64,000 bases of DNA, taken from the NCBI RefSeq assembly GCF_058153355.1, contig NZ_CM177019.1, one strand, 5' to 3'. Below the pieces are notes generated by a model that was not told where the DNA came from, did not search any database, and saw only the letters and a program-made list of their open reading frames with translations. The position numbers and the translations under genes were made by a program. Below are positions 51,126-63,452 of this stretch, piece after piece (the first letter of the stretch is position 1; the number at the start of each line of letters is the position of its first letter).

Positions 51126-52574
51126 TTATTCTCCATGCTCATTTTTCTTCAGCTTGCGCATCAGAAGCCACATACGTACTGTCCTGACTTTTAAATCTTT
51201 ATCAGAGACGGATTCCTTCACCAGATCAGCATGATGCTGATAGCCATTAAAGAAGACGTTCAGCGCAACGGCGCTAAGGGTTGCGAGCATAATGCCGCTA
51301 TGCAGCAACGGTTGCAGTACGGCCGGTAACTTAGAAAAGAAATCGTGAGAGAGCGTCGGAGTCATGCCAACGCCGAGACTGATCGCCACAATATAGAGGT
51401 TGTAACGGTTAGTGGTGTAGTTACAGCGCGACAGAATTCGAATCCCCGTCGCCAGTACCATGCCGAACATCACCAGCCCTGCGCCGCCAAGCACAAATTG
51501 CGGAATCGAGGCTACCAGCACCGCCATTTTGGGCACCATGCCAAACATGATTAATATGATCCCCGAAGAAATACACACCCAGCGACTATGAACGCGAGTC
51601 ACGCTAACCAGGCCAACGTTTTGAGAAAATGACGTGTGGGGGAAGCTGTTAAACGTTCCGCCTATCATTGTCCCTACACCATCGACACGCAGCCCGCGAA
51701 TAATATCGTGCGAAGAGAGTTTACGACCGACTATTTCACCCAGTGCCAGGAACATCCCCATCGACTCGATAAACACGATGATTAACACAGCGGTCATGGT
51801 TAGAATAGAAACGGGGTCAAATACCGGCATACCAAACGACATTGGGGTGACAATCGCAAACCACGAAGCATCATGTAGCCCGGACAAATTGACTTCATTC
51901 ATCATCCACGAAAGTAAAAAGCCAAATACAATCCCCAGTAATACGGCGACGTTGGACATAAATCCTTTCGCATAGCGAGTAATGAGCAAGATAAAAATTA
52001 AGACGGCAAAGGAGATACCTAAATAAACGGGATTACCATATTGCGGATTCCCTTCACCTCCAGCGGCCCAGTCAATACCGACCTGAATAATGCTAAGCCC
52101 GATAGAAGTAATAACCACACCGGTAACCAGTGGCGGGAATAAAGGCATTAAGCGACCGATAAGTGGTGCTAATAATGTGGTGATAAATCCCGCGGCGATA
52201 GTGGCACCAAATATCCCCAGCAGGCCGATATCCGGGTTCATGCCAATGGCTATCATTGGTGTTACAGCAGCAAAGGTTACCGACATAATCACCGGCAGAC
52301 GGATCCCCATAAAGCGGCCGATACCGATACATTGTAATAATGTGACGATCCCGCAGCAAAAGAGATCCGAGCTAATGAGCATCGCAATAGCTTCTTTTGA
52401 GAGGCCCAGTCGGTCACCAATCATAAGAGGAACAGCGACTGCACCTGCGTACATTACAAGGACGTGTTGCAGACCGAGTATGATCAGCTTTCCTGGTGAT
52501 AATATGCGGTCAACCTCATCAGTTGGGCGGTCTTGCCCTGAAGATGAGGGAAGTTGGGAATCTATGGCGCTCAT
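51126..52574 (-). CDS. uacT: uric acid:proton symporter (NCS2 family)
   Basis: Start at 52574 (MSAIDSQLPSSSGQDR); 482 aa. Confidence 0.88.
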   Translation of the reverse strand: MSAIDSQLPSSSGQDRPTDEVDRILSPGKLIILGLQHVLVMYAGAVAVPLMIGDRLGLSKEAIAMLISSDLFCCGIVTLLQCIGIGRFMGIRLPVIMSVTFAAVTPMIAIGMNPDIGLLGIFGATIAAGFITTLLAPLIGRLMPLFPPLVTGVVITSIGLSIIQVGIDWAAGGEGNPQYGNPVYLGISFAVLIFILLITRYAKGFMSNVAVLLGIVFGFLLSWMMNEVNLSGLHDASWFAIVTPMSFGMPVFDPVSILTMTAVLIIVFIESMGMFLALGEIVGRKLSSHDIIRGLRVDGVGTMIGGTFNSFPHTSFSQNVGLVSVTRVHSRWVCISSGIILIMFGMVPKMAVLVASIPQFVLGGAGLVMFGMVLATGIRILSRCNYTTNRYNLYIVAISLGVGMTPTLSHDFFSKLPAVLQPLLHSGIMLATLSAVALNVFFNGYQHHADLVKESVSDKDLKVRTVRMWLLMRKLKKNEHGE

Positions 52575-53009
52575 CAGTGTTTCTCCTTTCGCCCGCCAGA
52601 GTAAAAAGCAACCGTTTACGTTATTGAAACTGTCTAAACATATGCTCGTGGAGTGCCAGTTTTTGCGAGGAAGGGGAGTTAGAGACAGGAATTGCGGAGG
52701 CAATCACATAATCGTGGTTAAACCACGAAAATGAGAAGAGAACCTGACAATGGAATTATCTGTAATTTTCTCATATTGATATTTTATTAATCATTCTGGC
52801 ATGTCGCACTCTCGCATTTAATCGTTTTTATCTGGATAGCGCTCTTTTGGTCGGCAATGTTGAAATAATGAAAGCGGCACAGATTGAGGGGCAATAATTT
52901 GAACTCAGTCGCAAAATTATAATTAAAACGGTCATGCTACCTAATATATGCCCGTTTATTGCATCGCGAACTTTGAGAAGACATAACTCATTAAATGAAA
53001 GGGATGCAA

Positions 53010-54929
53010 ATGAATAAGTTTATCGCTGCTGAAGCTGCGGAATGTATAGGCTGTCATGCTTGTGAAATTGCCTGTGCGGTGGCACATAATCAAGAAAACT
53101 GGCCGCTGAGTCACAGTGACTTTCGACCGCGTATCCACGTTGTAGGGAAAGGCCAGGCTGCGAATCCGGTGGCCTGCCATCATTGCAACAATGCCCCTTG
53201 CGTTACGGCTTGTCCGGTTAATGCTCTGACTTTCCAGCCCGATAGCGTACAACTGGACGAGCAAAAATGTATTGGTTGTAAAAGATGCGCAATCGCTTGC
53301 CCCTTTGGCGTCGTTGAGATGGTCGATACGATTGCGCAGAAATGCGACCTTTGTAACCAGCGCAGTTCCGGCACGCAAGCCTGTATTGACGTATGCCCAA
53401 CACAGGCGTTACGGCTGATGGACGATAAAGGGTTGCAGCAGATAAAGGTGGCCCGCCAGCGCAAAACGGCAGCAGGAAAAGCGTCATCAGACGCTCAGCC
53501 ATCTCGCAGTGCAGCGTTGCTCCCCGTTAACTCGCGTAAAGGCGCAGATAAAATTTCAGCGAATGAACGGAAAACCCACTTTGGCGAAATTTATTGCGGG
53601 CTGGATCCACAACAAGCGACTTATGAGAGTGACCGCTGTGTTTATTGCGCCGAAAAAGCTAACTGCAACTGGCATTGCCCGCTGCATAACGCTATTCCGG
53701 ATTACATCCGTCTGGTGCAGGAAGGAAAGATTATTGAAGCGGCAGAACTTTGCCACCAGACCAGTTCCTTACCAGAAATCTGCGGCAGGGTATGTCCACA
53801 GGACCGTCTTTGTGAAGGCGCATGTACTTTGAAAGATCACTCTGGCGCAGTCTCTATCGGGAATCTGGAACGCTACATCACCGATACCGCGCTGGCGATG
53901 GGCTGGCGTCCTGATGTCAGCCATGTTGTTCCCCGTATCGAAAAAGTGGCGGTGATTGGCGCAGGGCCTGCAGGGTTAGGGTGTGCTGATATTCTGGCGC
54001 GCGCAGGAGTTCAGGTTGATGTCTTTGATCGCCATCCAGAAATTGGCGGTATGCTGACTTTTGGCATACCTCCTTTCAAACTCGATAAAACGGTATTAAG
54101 CCAGCGGCGAGAGATATTCACCGCAATGGGAATCGACTTTCATCTTAACTGTGAAATTGGCCGCGATATTACCTTTAGCGATTTAACTTCTGAATATGAT
54201 GCAGTTTTCATCGGCGTGGGGACTTACGGGATGATGCGAGCAGATCTGCCGCATGAAGATGCGCCCGGTGTCATTCAGGCTCTACCGTTCCTGACTGCCC
54301 ATACCCGCCAGCTCATGGGGTTGCCGGAGTCTGAAGAGTATCCGCTGACGGATGTGGAAGGTAAGCGAGTTGTGGTATTGGGCGGTGGCGATACGACCAT
54401 GGATTGTTTGCGGACTTCCATCCGCCTCAATGCCGCCAGCGTGACCTGCGCCTATCGTCGTGATGAAGTCAGTATGCCGGGCTCGCGCAAAGAGGTGGTC
54501 AATGCGCGCGAGGAAGGTGTCGAGTTTCAGTTCAATGTTCAGCCGCAATATATCGCTTGTGACGAAGATGGGCGTTTAACTGCGGTGGGCCTGATTCGTA
54601 CCGCTATGGGGGAGCCGGGGCCGGATGGTCGCCGTCGTCCTCGTCCGGTAGCGGGTTCAGAGTTTGAGCTGCCCGCCGATGTTCTGATTATGGCCTTTGG
54701 TTTCCAGGCGCATGCCATGCCGTGGTTGCAAGGCAGCGGAATTAAGCTCGATAAATGGGGCCTGATTCAAACCGGGGACGTCGGGTATTTACCCACCCAG
54801 ACGCATCTGAAAAAAGTCTTTGCTGGTGGTGATGCAGTTCATGGCGCGGATCTGGTCGTCACTGCAATGGCTGCAGGAAGGCAAGCGGCGCGCGATATGT
54901 TAACTCTGTTTGATTCGAAGGCATTGTGA
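53010..54929 (+). CDS. ygfT: fused 4Fe-4S ferredoxin / GltD-like NAD(P)H oxidoreductase
   Basis: Start at 53010 ([19 protein letters not shown]); 639 aa; multiple CxxCxxCxxxCP clusters and FAD/NAD GxGxxG motifs. Confidence 0.88.
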   Translation: MNKFIAAEAAECIGCHACEIACAVAHNQENWPLSHSDFRPRIHVVGKGQAANPVACHHCNNAPCVTACPVNALTFQPDSVQLDEQKCIGCKRCAIACPFGVVEMVDTIAQKCDLCNQRSSGTQACIDVCPTQALRLMDDKGLQQIKVARQRKTAAGKASSDAQPSRSAALLPVNSRKGADKISANERKTHFGEIYCGLDPQQATYESDRCVYCAEKANCNWHCPLHNAIPDYIRLVQEGKIIEAAELCHQTSSLPEICGRVCPQDRLCEGACTLKDHSGAVSIGNLERYITDTALAMGWRPDVSHVVPRIEKVAVIGAGPAGLGCADILARAGVQVDVFDRHPEIGGMLTFGIPPFKLDKTVLSQRREIFTAMGIDFHLNCEIGRDITFSDLTSEYDAVFIGVGTYGMMRADLPHEDAPGVIQALPFLTAHTRQLMGLPESEEYPLTDVEGKRVVVLGGGDTTMDCLRTSIRLNAASVTCAYRRDEVSMPGSRKEVVNAREEGVEFQFNVQPQYIACDEDGRLTAVGLIRTAMGEPGPDGRRRPRPVAGSEFELPADVLIMAFGFQAHAMPWLQGSGIKLDKWGLIQTGDVGYLPTQTHLKKVFAGGDAVHGADLVVTAMAAGRQAARDMLTLFDSKAL

Positions 54930-55417
54930 TGAAATCGTTAATTGTCGTTAATCCGGCTGATTGTATTGGCTGCCGTACTTGTGAAGTAGCCTGTGTGGTC
55001 GCTCATCCTTCAGAACAGGCGTTGAATGCCGATGTCTTTTTACCCCGGCTGAAGGTACAGCGACTGGACTGCATCAGTGCGCCGGTGATGTGCCATCAGT
55101 GTGAAAACGCCCCTTGTGTTGGCGCTTGCCCCGTGGGAGCGCTGACGATGGGCGAGCAGGTGGTGCAGGCCAATTCTGCCCGTTGTATTGGCTGTCAGAG
55201 TTGCGTCAGTGCGTGCCCGTTTGGGATGATAACCATTCAGTCGTTGCCGGGGGATACCCGGCAACAAATTGTGAAATGCGATCTCTGTGAACAGCGGGAA
55301 GAGGGGCCTGCCTGCGTTGAATCTTGCCCGACACAGGCACTGCAGTTGCTTACTGAAAGAGAACTCAGGCGAGTCCGCCAGCAGCGTATTGTTGCCAGCG
55401 GTGAGAATCCTCTCTGA
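54926..55417 (+). CDS. ygfS: 4Fe-4S ferredoxin-type protein
   Basis: About 162 aa; overlaps ygfT stop; four Cys clusters. Confidence 0.85.
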   Translation: MMKSLIVVNPADCIGCRTCEVACVVAHPSEQALNADVFLPRLKVQRLDCISAPVMCHQCENAPCVGACPVGALTMGEQVVQANSARCIGCQSCVSACPFGMITIQSLPGDTRQQIVKCDLCEQREEGPACVESCPTQALQLLTERELRRVRQQRIVASGENPL

Positions 55418-55419
55418 AA

Positions 55420-55451
55420 GAATTCTCCGCGCTGAAAGGCGCGGAGAATCT
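55420..55451. terminator. bidirectional terminator between convergent ygfS and ghxQ
   Basis: Perfect palindrome ATTCTCCGCGC...GCGCGGAGAAT. Confidence 0.65.
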
Positions 55452-55452
55452 A

Positions 55453-56820
55453 TTAGATAGCCCATCCACCCGCGTAAAATGCGACCAGTGCGGCAGTAAT
55501 GATTACCGTACCAATATTCAGCTTTTGCCATTCGCGTGCAAAGACGCGGCCTACGACCAGTGTCACAAAGCCCAGCATAATACCGGTAACGATATTACAA
55601 GTCAGAACGATAAACACGGCACACACCAGGCCAGCCATTGCGTCAATAAAATCGTTGAAATCCAGCTTCGAGACGTTACTTAACATCAGCAAACCTACGT
55701 ACATCAGAGCGGGTGCAGTGGCGTAACCAGGGATCAAAAATGACAGTGGTGATAAAAACAGAATCAACAGGAATAACGCCCCCACTACGGTTGCGGTCAA
55801 CCCTGTTTTACCCCCGGCGGCGGTTCCTGCCGCTGATTCGATATAAACCGCTGCGGGCGCAGCACCCACCAGGCCGGAGAATATTGAACTTACTGAGTCA
55901 CTGGTCAGGGCTTTACCGCCGTTGATGATCTGGTTGTCTTTATCTAACAAATTCGCCTGACCGGCGACGGCACGGATGGTACCGGTGGCGTCGAACACTG
56001 CGGTCATCACCAATGCCAGTACACTCGGAAGTACAGTTGGCTGGAGTGCCCCCATAATATCGAGGCTGAAAATCAGAGACTTACCATCTTCGCCAGTCAG
56101 ACTGGGCATCGCCACCAGACCGTGGTACTTCACCGCTGGATCAAAGATTAAGCCGATGATCGAAATTGCAATAATCACCAACAAGATCCCGCCAGGTACG
56201 CGGCACTTTTCCAGACCGAAGATGACCGCCAGACCCAGTAAGCTCATCATCACCGGGAAGGAGGTAAACGCGCCGAGCGCCACCGGCAAGCCTTCAATCG
56301 GGTTTTTGATAACCATTCCCACACCGTTAGCAGCAATCAGCAGCAGAAACAGGCCGATACCGATACCTGTGCCGTGAGCGATACCCATCGGTAAATTACG
56401 TAATATCCAGGTTCGCACACCGGTTACAGAAATGGCGGTGAAGATGACGCCCATCAGAAAGACCGCGCCCAGTGCGACAGGAACGCTAATTTGTTGCCCG
56501 AGTACCAGACTGAATGCGGTAAATGCCGTTAAGGAAATAGCGCAACCAATCGCCATTGGCAAGTTGGCCCACAAGCCCATCAGCAACGAGCCGAAGCCCG
56601 CGACCAGACAGGTGGCAACAAACACAGCTGCGGGAGGAAAACCTGCTTTGCCCAGCATTCCCGGAACGACGATAACGGAATAAACCATGGCCAGAAAGGT
56701 CGTTAAGCCAGCCAGTACTTCCTGACGAACGGTACTGCCACGAGCGGTAATTTTAAAATAATTATCCAGCGCGCCTTGTGGCTTTGGTGCGTCCGGTGTT
56801 TGTAGGATGTCTCCAGACAT
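55453..56820 (-). CDS. ghxQ: guanine/hypoxanthine permease
   Basis: 455-aa membrane ORF. Confidence 0.88.
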   Translation of the reverse strand: MSGDILQTPDAPKPQGALDNYFKITARGSTVRQEVLAGLTTFLAMVYSVIVVPGMLGKAGFPPAAVFVATCLVAGFGSLLMGLWANLPMAIGCAISLTAFTAFSLVLGQQISVPVALGAVFLMGVIFTAISVTGVRTWILRNLPMGIAHGTGIGIGLFLLLIAANGVGMVIKNPIEGLPVALGAFTSFPVMMSLLGLAVIFGLEKCRVPGGILLVIIAISIIGLIFDPAVKYHGLVAMPSLTGEDGKSLIFSLDIMGALQPTVLPSVLALVMTAVFDATGTIRAVAGQANLLDKDNQIINGGKALTSDSVSSIFSGLVGAAPAAVYIESAAGTAAGGKTGLTATVVGALFLLILFLSPLSFLIPGYATAPALMYVGLLMLSNVSKLDFNDFIDAMAGLVCAVFIVLTCNIVTGIMLGFVTLVVGRVFAREWQKLNIGTVIITAALVAFYAGGWAI

Positions 56821-56855
56821 AATGATGTCCTCACGAGGATGTTAAAGTTTTATTA

Positions 56856-58175
56856 TTAGTTGCGTTCGTACACCAGACGACCATCAACGTAGGTGCGGTA
56901 GATCGAACGGTCATCGCCCAACGTCATCATCACGAACAATTTGTCGACTAAAGAAACAGAGTTGTCATAGCGCAGCTGCTGTAGCGGGGTGGCGGTGGGT
57001 TCCATCACCACGAAATCAGCCTCTTTGCCAGGTAAAAAGTTGCCAATCAAATCGTCAAGGCCCAGAGATTTCGCCCCGCCGAGCGTGGCAAGGTAAAACG
57101 CTTCATATGCCGAGAGGCGATAGCCTTGTAATTGCAACACTTTGTAGGCTTCGTTCAGCGTTTGCAGCATGTTGAAAGTTGTTCCTGCGCCAATGTCAGT
57201 CCCCATGCCCACTTTGACTTTCTTCTGCCATGCTTTTTTCAAGTTGAATAAGCCACTGCCGAGGTAAAGGTTGGAGGTAGGACAGAAAGCAATGCTGGAT
57301 TTGGTTTCGCTGAGACGATCCCACTCTTTCTCTTCGAGATGGACGCAGTGAGCAAAGACACAATTTTTACCTGTCAGACCGTACTGATGGTAAACATCCA
57401 AATAACCATCATGGTCAGGATAAAGCGATTTGACCCAGGCAATTTCATCTTTATTTTCACAAAGATGGGTATGTACCCATGTGTCGGGATACTCTTCTTT
57501 CAGGCGTTGCGCCATCGCCATCTGTTCAGGAGATGAGGTTGGGGCGAAGCGTGGCGTAATCGCATACAACAGACGACCATTTTTGTGCCAGCGTTCGATC
57601 AGTTCTTTGCTTTGGTGATAGCTGCTTTCGGCAGTGTCGAGCAGATAATCCGGTGCGTTGCGGTCCATCATCACCTTACCGGCAATCATACGCATATTGA
57701 TATGACTGGCGGCTTCAAACAGCGCATCAACGGATTGCGGATGAACGGTACCAAACACCAACGCTGTGGTGGTTCCGTTACGTAAAAGCTGCTTGATGAA
57801 GAACGCCGACATTTCGCGGGCGTACTCTAAATCCTCATAACGACGTTCAGTAGGGAAGGTGTGTTTATTCAACCACTCCAACAATTGTTCACCATAGGCC
57901 CCAACCATTTCACTTTGCGGATAATGGATATGTGTATCGACAAAGCCCGGTACTACCAGTTTGCCGCGATAGTCGCGCACGCGAATGGTGTCAGGAATTT
58001 GATGCTTTCCGTCTTCCCATTCGCCAAACCATTCCACTTTTCCCTGTTTAATGAGTAATAAACCATCCTCAATAAACCGCAGCGCAGAGGCAATCTCTTC
58101 CGGGTTATCGACCGTACGGGTGACATCAATAAAACTGCCTCGTACCGCTTTTAACGTGTGTTCTCCTGACATCAT
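56856..58175 (-). CDS. guaD: guanine deaminase
   Basis: Start at 58175 (MMSGEHTLKAVRGSF); 439 aa; amidohydrolase HxH metal motif. Confidence 0.9.
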   Translation of the reverse strand: MMSGEHTLKAVRGSFIDVTRTVDNPEEIASALRFIEDGLLLIKQGKVEWFGEWEDGKHQIPDTIRVRDYRGKLVVPGFVDTHIHYPQSEMVGAYGEQLLEWLNKHTFPTERRYEDLEYAREMSAFFIKQLLRNGTTTALVFGTVHPQSVDALFEAASHINMRMIAGKVMMDRNAPDYLLDTAESSYHQSKELIERWHKNGRLLYAITPRFAPTSSPEQMAMAQRLKEEYPDTWVHTHLCENKDEIAWVKSLYPDHDGYLDVYHQYGLTGKNCVFAHCVHLEEKEWDRLSETKSSIAFCPTSNLYLGSGLFNLKKAWQKKVKVGMGTDIGAGTTFNMLQTLNEAYKVLQLQGYRLSAYEAFYLATLGGAKSLGLDDLIGNFLPGKEADFVVMEPTATPLQQLRYDNSVSLVDKLFVMMTLGDDRSIYRTYVDGRLVYERN

Positions 58176-58189
58176 TGACTCCTTTACTG

Positions 58190-59590
58190 TTAATCCATCT
58201 CTTCCGCTGAGGTAATACCAGGCAGAACGTTTTCCTGTCGGTAGCCACCAGGGAGGATAATATTTAATAAAATCGCAGTTAATCCACCAGCACAAATAGG
58301 GTTTTCAACTAATACATAAATAGAGGCTGGCAATATTTTAAAAATTTCCGGGTCGTAGGAGACGCCAAGCCCTAAACCTAAAGAAGTGGCGACAATAAGT
58401 GTTTCACGGCGCTTTAATCCGTTGGTGATGATGATGCGAATCCCAGCGATGGCAATCATGGAAAACATCAACGTCATTGCGCCTCCCAGAACAGCCGAGG
58501 GAATGGTCGTGAAGAAGCCGCCAATCATCGGAAACAAGCCGAGAATAACCAACATGACCGCGATGGTTCGCCCGACATAACGTGAAGCGACACCGGTCAT
58601 CTGAATAACCCCATTATTTTGCGCAAACGTGGTTAACGGTAATGAACCGACAGCGGAAGCGATAACCGAAACCAGGCCATCTGCCAGTACGCCGCCTTTC
58701 AGACGCGACTGATACTCTTCTCCCTGGATGGGGCGGCGGGAAACCATTGCCGTGGCGGTGATATCACCGACAGCTTCCAGCACGCTAAGCAAATAAATCG
58801 TGCCGACCACCAGGAACTGATGGAAGCTGAAACTAAACCCGTATTTGAACGGATGCGGGATGGTGATTAACGGCAAATTGCGCATACTGCTGAAATCCAC
58901 CATGCCCAGGCATAACGACGCGATATAACCGACACATAGCCCAATGGCAATCCCTCCCATGCGTAGTAACGGACTGCGGCAGCAGTTAAAGCCGATCACC
59001 ACAATCAAAACCAATAAACCAACGCCGAGATGTTCGTAATTGCCGAACGTACCGCTGCTTTTGGCAGCAAATCCTCCACCAAAATCGATAATGCCGACTT
59101 TAATCAGGCTTAAGCCGATCATCAGCACCACAATGCCGCTAACGGTAGGTGTAATAACCCGACGTAAATAGGGCAGGATAAAAGAAGAGCCGACAACCAG
59201 AAATGCGCCAACGAAGGAGACGCCGAGAAGCGACGACATGATTAACTCTTCGTGAAAACCATCGCTTTTCATGCTGCTGCCCAGCGCAATCATGACTGTA
59301 ACAAATGAAAAATTGACTGACTGAATTGAGAGTAGGCCAGAACCGACGATGCCATAGCGGTTTACCTGTAACCAGGTACCAATACCAGAGGCGATCATCG
59401 CCATAGAAACAAGATAGGCGGTTGTTTCAGCGGAAAGCTGTAAGGCCGCACCCACGATTAACGCAGGGGTTACCATCGGAACGAAAATTGCCAACAGATG
59501 GGTAATGGCACCAACGAGAGCCTGATGAAAGGGAGGGCGATCCTCCAGTTCAAATATAAGGTCAGAACCTGCATGGTTTATATCAGACAT
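58190..59590 (-). CDS. xanQ: xanthine permease (NCS2 family)
   Basis: Start at 59590 (MSDINHAGSDLIFELEDRPPF); 466 aa. Confidence 0.9.
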   Translation of the reverse strand: MSDINHAGSDLIFELEDRPPFHQALVGAITHLLAIFVPMVTPALIVGAALQLSAETTAYLVSMAMIASGIGTWLQVNRYGIVGSGLLSIQSVNFSFVTVMIALGSSMKSDGFHEELIMSSLLGVSFVGAFLVVGSSFILPYLRRVITPTVSGIVVLMIGLSLIKVGIIDFGGGFAAKSSGTFGNYEHLGVGLLVLIVVIGFNCCRSPLLRMGGIAIGLCVGYIASLCLGMVDFSSMRNLPLITIPHPFKYGFSFSFHQFLVVGTIYLLSVLEAVGDITATAMVSRRPIQGEEYQSRLKGGVLADGLVSVIASAVGSLPLTTFAQNNGVIQMTGVASRYVGRTIAVMLVILGLFPMIGGFFTTIPSAVLGGAMTLMFSMIAIAGIRIIITNGLKRRETLIVATSLGLGLGVSYDPEIFKILPASIYVLVENPICAGGLTAILLNIILPGGYRQENVLPGITSAEEMD

Positions 59591-59717
59591 CCCTTCACTC
59601 CTTTTAAAGTAAATTTGATCATCTGAATCAGTAAAATAAATTCCCACGAATTTGGGGCGCAGGACGCCTTGAGAACGGCTTATCTCATTTTCGCAGTCAA
59701 CTATTTAGTCATCGTTC

Positions 59718-59746
59718 AAACAGAGAAACAGGCCGCCGAAGCGGCC
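59718..59746 (-). terminator. putative terminator downstream of xdhD
   Basis: GGCCGCTTCGGCGGCC hairpin followed on the minus strand by a T-rich tract. Confidence 0.45.
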
Positions 59747-59755
59747 ATTTATTAT

Positions 59756-62626
59756 TTATATTTTTTCCAGCGCGGTGAGTATTTTCTCCGGTGTGAAATG
59801 CCATTCGCGTAACCAGATGCCGCAGGCATCGTGAATTGCGGTAGCAATCGCCGGAGCTGCGCCATTTACACCGATTTCTGAGATTGATTTCGCCCCGAAT
59901 GGGCCGACTTTATCGTCGCTCGGCACCAGCACAGCGCGGAAATCACGCGGAATGTCACCAATTTTCGGTGCGCCGTAACTGCGTAAATCACGCGTTAACG
60001 GGTGGCCTTCGGCGTCATAAATGATTTCTTCGCTCATACTGTGCCCGATAGCACGCAGGGTGGCTCCGTAGATTTGTCCCAACGCTAACTCTGGATTGAC
60101 CGGTGTACCACAGTCCAGCAAGGCGTAGAATTTATCCAGGCGGATTTCACCCGTACGTGTGTTGACGGCAACTTCAGCAAAGTTTGCGCCATACGGGAAG
60201 GCGAAATCAGGCGTGATATAACTGGCAGTTCCCACCAGTGAACCAAAACCGGTGCCGGTTTCGCCTTTATGGGCAATATCCCCGAAACTAACTTCGCCTT
60301 TCTTGCCGCGCACGACGCCCGGCGTTGCTAGTTGAACATCTGCCACTGGCTCACCCAACATTTGCGCGCCGTGGAACAGAATTTTATCCCGCAGATTTTC
60401 CGCTGCCAAACGCGCCGCGTTACCCGAGAAGCAAGTACCGGACGAGGCATATGCGCCTTTATCAAACAACGCATGATCGGTATCACCGGAGATAACATGC
60501 ACGTCCTGCGGTGGGCAGTGCAGCACTTCTGCTGCCAGTTTCGTCACCACGGTATCCAGACCAGTACCAATATCCGCACCGCCAGAATGAACAATAAAGG
60601 TACCGTCCGATTCCAGTTTAATCATGCAGTTAGCCTGATCGATATCCGGGATCCCCGATTTCTGCATGATAATGGCGACGCCGCGACCGATGTGCCAGTC
60701 ACCATTTTGCGGTTTTGGTGAAGACCATTGGATCATCTCGCGACCCTGACGCAGGATCTCTTCCAGCGCGCAGCTGGCGGCGGAAGGAACGGAGGTCGGC
60801 GCTTTACCTTCACCAATCGCACCGAGAATTTTCAGCTCTTGCCCTTCGTGTACCCGGTTACGTTCGATAATTTCCAGTTGGTCGATCTGTAACTGTTCAG
60901 CCAGTTCCGCTAATGCCATGGTGATAGCGAAGTTACCTTTCGGTGCGCCATAACCCTGATAAGCACCATTTGGGCAAATGTTGCTGTAGTAGGTGGTGAC
61001 CTGGAAATCGACGTTATCGCACGGATATAACGGCAGCGACAGCGCCGGTCCGTTACACGGTACGGTGAGTGAGTGGTTGCCGTAAGGGCCTGTGTTGGCG
61101 CGGAAATCCATCTTCACAGCCGTCAGGCGACCATCTTTCTTTGCCCCCAGTTTGACGGTGACTTTCGCGACGTGACGAGAGGTGTTAGCAATAAACTCTT
61201 CTTCACGGGTGTAGCGGAACAGTACCGGACGCCCGGTCACGCGGGTTGCCCAGGCGCACACTTCTTCCAGCAGGATGTCCTGTTTGGAACCAAAACCACC
61301 GCCTACGCGTTCTTTAATGACATGAACTTTATGTTGTTTCATGCCCACGAGGCGCGCAACCTGGCGGCGCAAGTGCCATGGTACCTGGGTGGAGGCGTGG
61401 ATCACCAGACGGTCGCCATCCATACGGGTAAAGCAGATATGTGTTTCAGTCGGGCATTGCTGCGCCTGAGTTGAGTTATAGGTTCGTTCAATGATCACAT
61501 CGGCATCGGCAAAGCCTTTATCCATATCGCCAATATGACCATGAATACTGGCGGCGATATTTTTACGAGGGCGAGAACCGATAGGGAAGTTGATGATCAT
61601 ATGCTCGCCGCGCTGGGCTGCATGGCTGTTATCGTCTTCCAGAGTGTCTGGCGCACCCGCCACATACACCACCGGTTCATCGTGTACGACAGGCGCATCT
61701 TCCGCCATTGCCTCGTCAATCGACATTACCGGCTTAAGCACTTCATATTCAACGTCGATGAGCTTCAGTGCTTCGAGCGCAATTTCTTCACTTTCAGCGA
61801 CTACCGCAGCAACGCGATCGCCGACGTGACGCATTTTCTTGCCGAACATACGGCGGTCAAGCGGTGACGGTTCCGGTGCGCTCTGACCACCCGGGGTATA
61901 GTAGATATCCGGGCAATTCAGGTGAGTAATAACGTGAACGACGCCCGGTAAGGCTTCAGCTTTGCTGACATCCAGATGAGTAATCAGTGCGTGAGCGTGT
62001 GGGCTACGTAACATTTTAATGACGCAGGCGTCAGCCGTTACGCGGTCTTCAACATAGCAGGGTTTCGCCTGCACCATTTTTGCGGCATCAGTTTTAGGAT
62101 AATGCTTACCAATGACTTCAAGGTCATCGCGGAAAGTCGGAGCGATATCAATGGTGGCCTGCGGGTTATTTTTACGTGCAATTGCCAGTTCAACGACCTG
62201 ATAGTATTGTTGCCAGCCTGCATCGCGACTGAACAAACCAGAAAGCGCGTCGTCGATCTCTTCGCGGGTCGGTGCGGCGATACGCTCGAGCAGATCAGTG
62301 ATAATCAGAGCAGCAGCAGGATCGTTATAACCAGACTGCACCACGCCAACATCAACCATTGCCTGTTGAACCAGACTTAACTCGTTCCATTTTCCCAGAG
62401 ACTCTGCCGTACGAATATCAGCCTTCTCTATCTGTGCGGCAATAAGTAAGGACGCGTTAACGATATTACCGTTAAAGATAATTGCGTCAGAACCGGCAAA
62501 CCCGAATCCATCATCGCTGTTGCGTACAGAGTGCATTCCCATGTTAAACAACAGCTTTTGCACGTTTTCGCCTGGATTAACGGTTAGCTCCTGAGGCGCG
62601 CCATTTAAAGTAAAGTGGATGATCAT
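59756..62626 (-). CDS. xdhD: molybdopterin-dependent hydroxylase, fused Fe-S/Mo-binding subunit
   Basis: 956-aa ORF. Confidence 0.9.
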   Translation of the reverse strand: MIIHFTLNGAPQELTVNPGENVQKLLFNMGMHSVRNSDDGFGFAGSDAIIFNGNIVNASLLIAAQIEKADIRTAESLGKWNELSLVQQAMVDVGVVQSGYNDPAAALIITDLLERIAAPTREEIDDALSGLFSRDAGWQQYYQVVELAIARKNNPQATIDIAPTFRDDLEVIGKHYPKTDAAKMVQAKPCYVEDRVTADACVIKMLRSPHAHALITHLDVSKAEALPGVVHVITHLNCPDIYYTPGGQSAPEPSPLDRRMFGKKMRHVGDRVAAVVAESEEIALEALKLIDVEYEVLKPVMSIDEAMAEDAPVVHDEPVVYVAGAPDTLEDDNSHAAQRGEHMIINFPIGSRPRKNIAASIHGHIGDMDKGFADADVIIERTYNSTQAQQCPTETHICFTRMDGDRLVIHASTQVPWHLRRQVARLVGMKQHKVHVIKERVGGGFGSKQDILLEEVCAWATRVTGRPVLFRYTREEEFIANTSRHVAKVTVKLGAKKDGRLTAVKMDFRANTGPYGNHSLTVPCNGPALSLPLYPCDNVDFQVTTYYSNICPNGAYQGYGAPKGNFAITMALAELAEQLQIDQLEIIERNRVHEGQELKILGAIGEGKAPTSVPSAASCALEEILRQGREMIQWSSPKPQNGDWHIGRGVAIIMQKSGIPDIDQANCMIKLESDGTFIVHSGGADIGTGLDTVVTKLAAEVLHCPPQDVHVISGDTDHALFDKGAYASSGTCFSGNAARLAAENLRDKILFHGAQMLGEPVADVQLATPGVVRGKKGEVSFGDIAHKGETGTGFGSLVGTASYITPDFAFPYGANFAEVAVNTRTGEIRLDKFYALLDCGTPVNPELALGQIYGATLRAIGHSMSEEIIYDAEGHPLTRDLRSYGAPKIGDIPRDFRAVLVPSDDKVGPFGAKSISEIGVNGAAPAIATAIHDACGIWLREWHFTPEKILTALEKI

Positions 62627-63402
62627 ACGGCTTCCTCCCCAGCCTGTTGGCAGTCGGCATAAAGGTCGGCTACCAGAACTCCCGTGATATAGCGTTTATA
62701 GGCCACGCTGCCCCGCAAATCTTCCTGCGGGAAAATGGCGTTGGCGACAGCCTGTTCAAGGGCATCGCCTTCCAGGTTTTGTTTTTCAACATCGTGCAGA
62801 CGCAGTGCTTTACTGGCCACGCCATCCAACGCAATTCGCATACCGTCGTGATCGGTTAACGCAACGGCTGCCGTTACTACCGTTAACCCAGCCTGAGAAC
62901 GGCTAATTTTGCGAGTCGCACAGGTGCGATACGGATCTTTAATGATGATTTCGGTTAGCAGGCGATCGCATGGGCAGGCCAGGTACTCCTCAATTGACAG
63001 AGTTTCACCGTTGCCAAAAACCAGTTCGGCATCCAGTGCCAGCAGGACGGGAAGCAGCACCGACTCTTCCTGCCGGGCGGCGATTTCACCACCAATGGTC
63101 GACTGATTACGAATATGGCGAGAGTAGACAAAGCCGAGAGCCTCACGCAGTGCTGCAGGAATAAACCGTGCATCACGCAGTGTTTGCAAGCGAGACATCG
63201 CGCCAATCCGCAATGCACCGTTATCCCAGTCAACCCAGTCCAGTTCCAGATCCTGTAAGGATATGGCAATCTTTTTATCGGTACGGGTTGGTGTGGCGTT
63301 GAGTTTACTGCCTCCGGCAAACCAGACAGCTTCATCCTGATAGCGGCGCTTCAGTTCCAGCGCCTGTTCGACAGAGTCGGGTCTGAAAAATTGTTCAATC
63401 AT
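62623..63402 (-). CDS. ygfM: FAD-binding subunit of molybdenum hydroxylase
   Basis: 259-aa ORF overlapping xdhD start by 4 bp. Confidence 0.85.
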   Translation of the reverse strand: MIEQFFRPDSVEQALELKRRYQDEAVWFAGGSKLNATPTRTDKKIAISLQDLELDWVDWDNGALRIGAMSRLQTLRDARFIPAALREALGFVYSRHIRNQSTIGGEIAARQEESVLLPVLLALDAELVFGNGETLSIEEYLACPCDRLLTEIIIKDPYRTCATRKISRSQAGLTVVTAAVALTDHDGMRIALDGVASKALRLHDVEKQNLEGDALEQAVANAIFPQEDLRGSVAYKRYITGVLVADLYADCQQAGEEAV

Positions 63403-63452
63403 CTTCTTTCCTTATTTAACCCTCTTCCTTTAAGGAAGAGGGTATCTGTCAT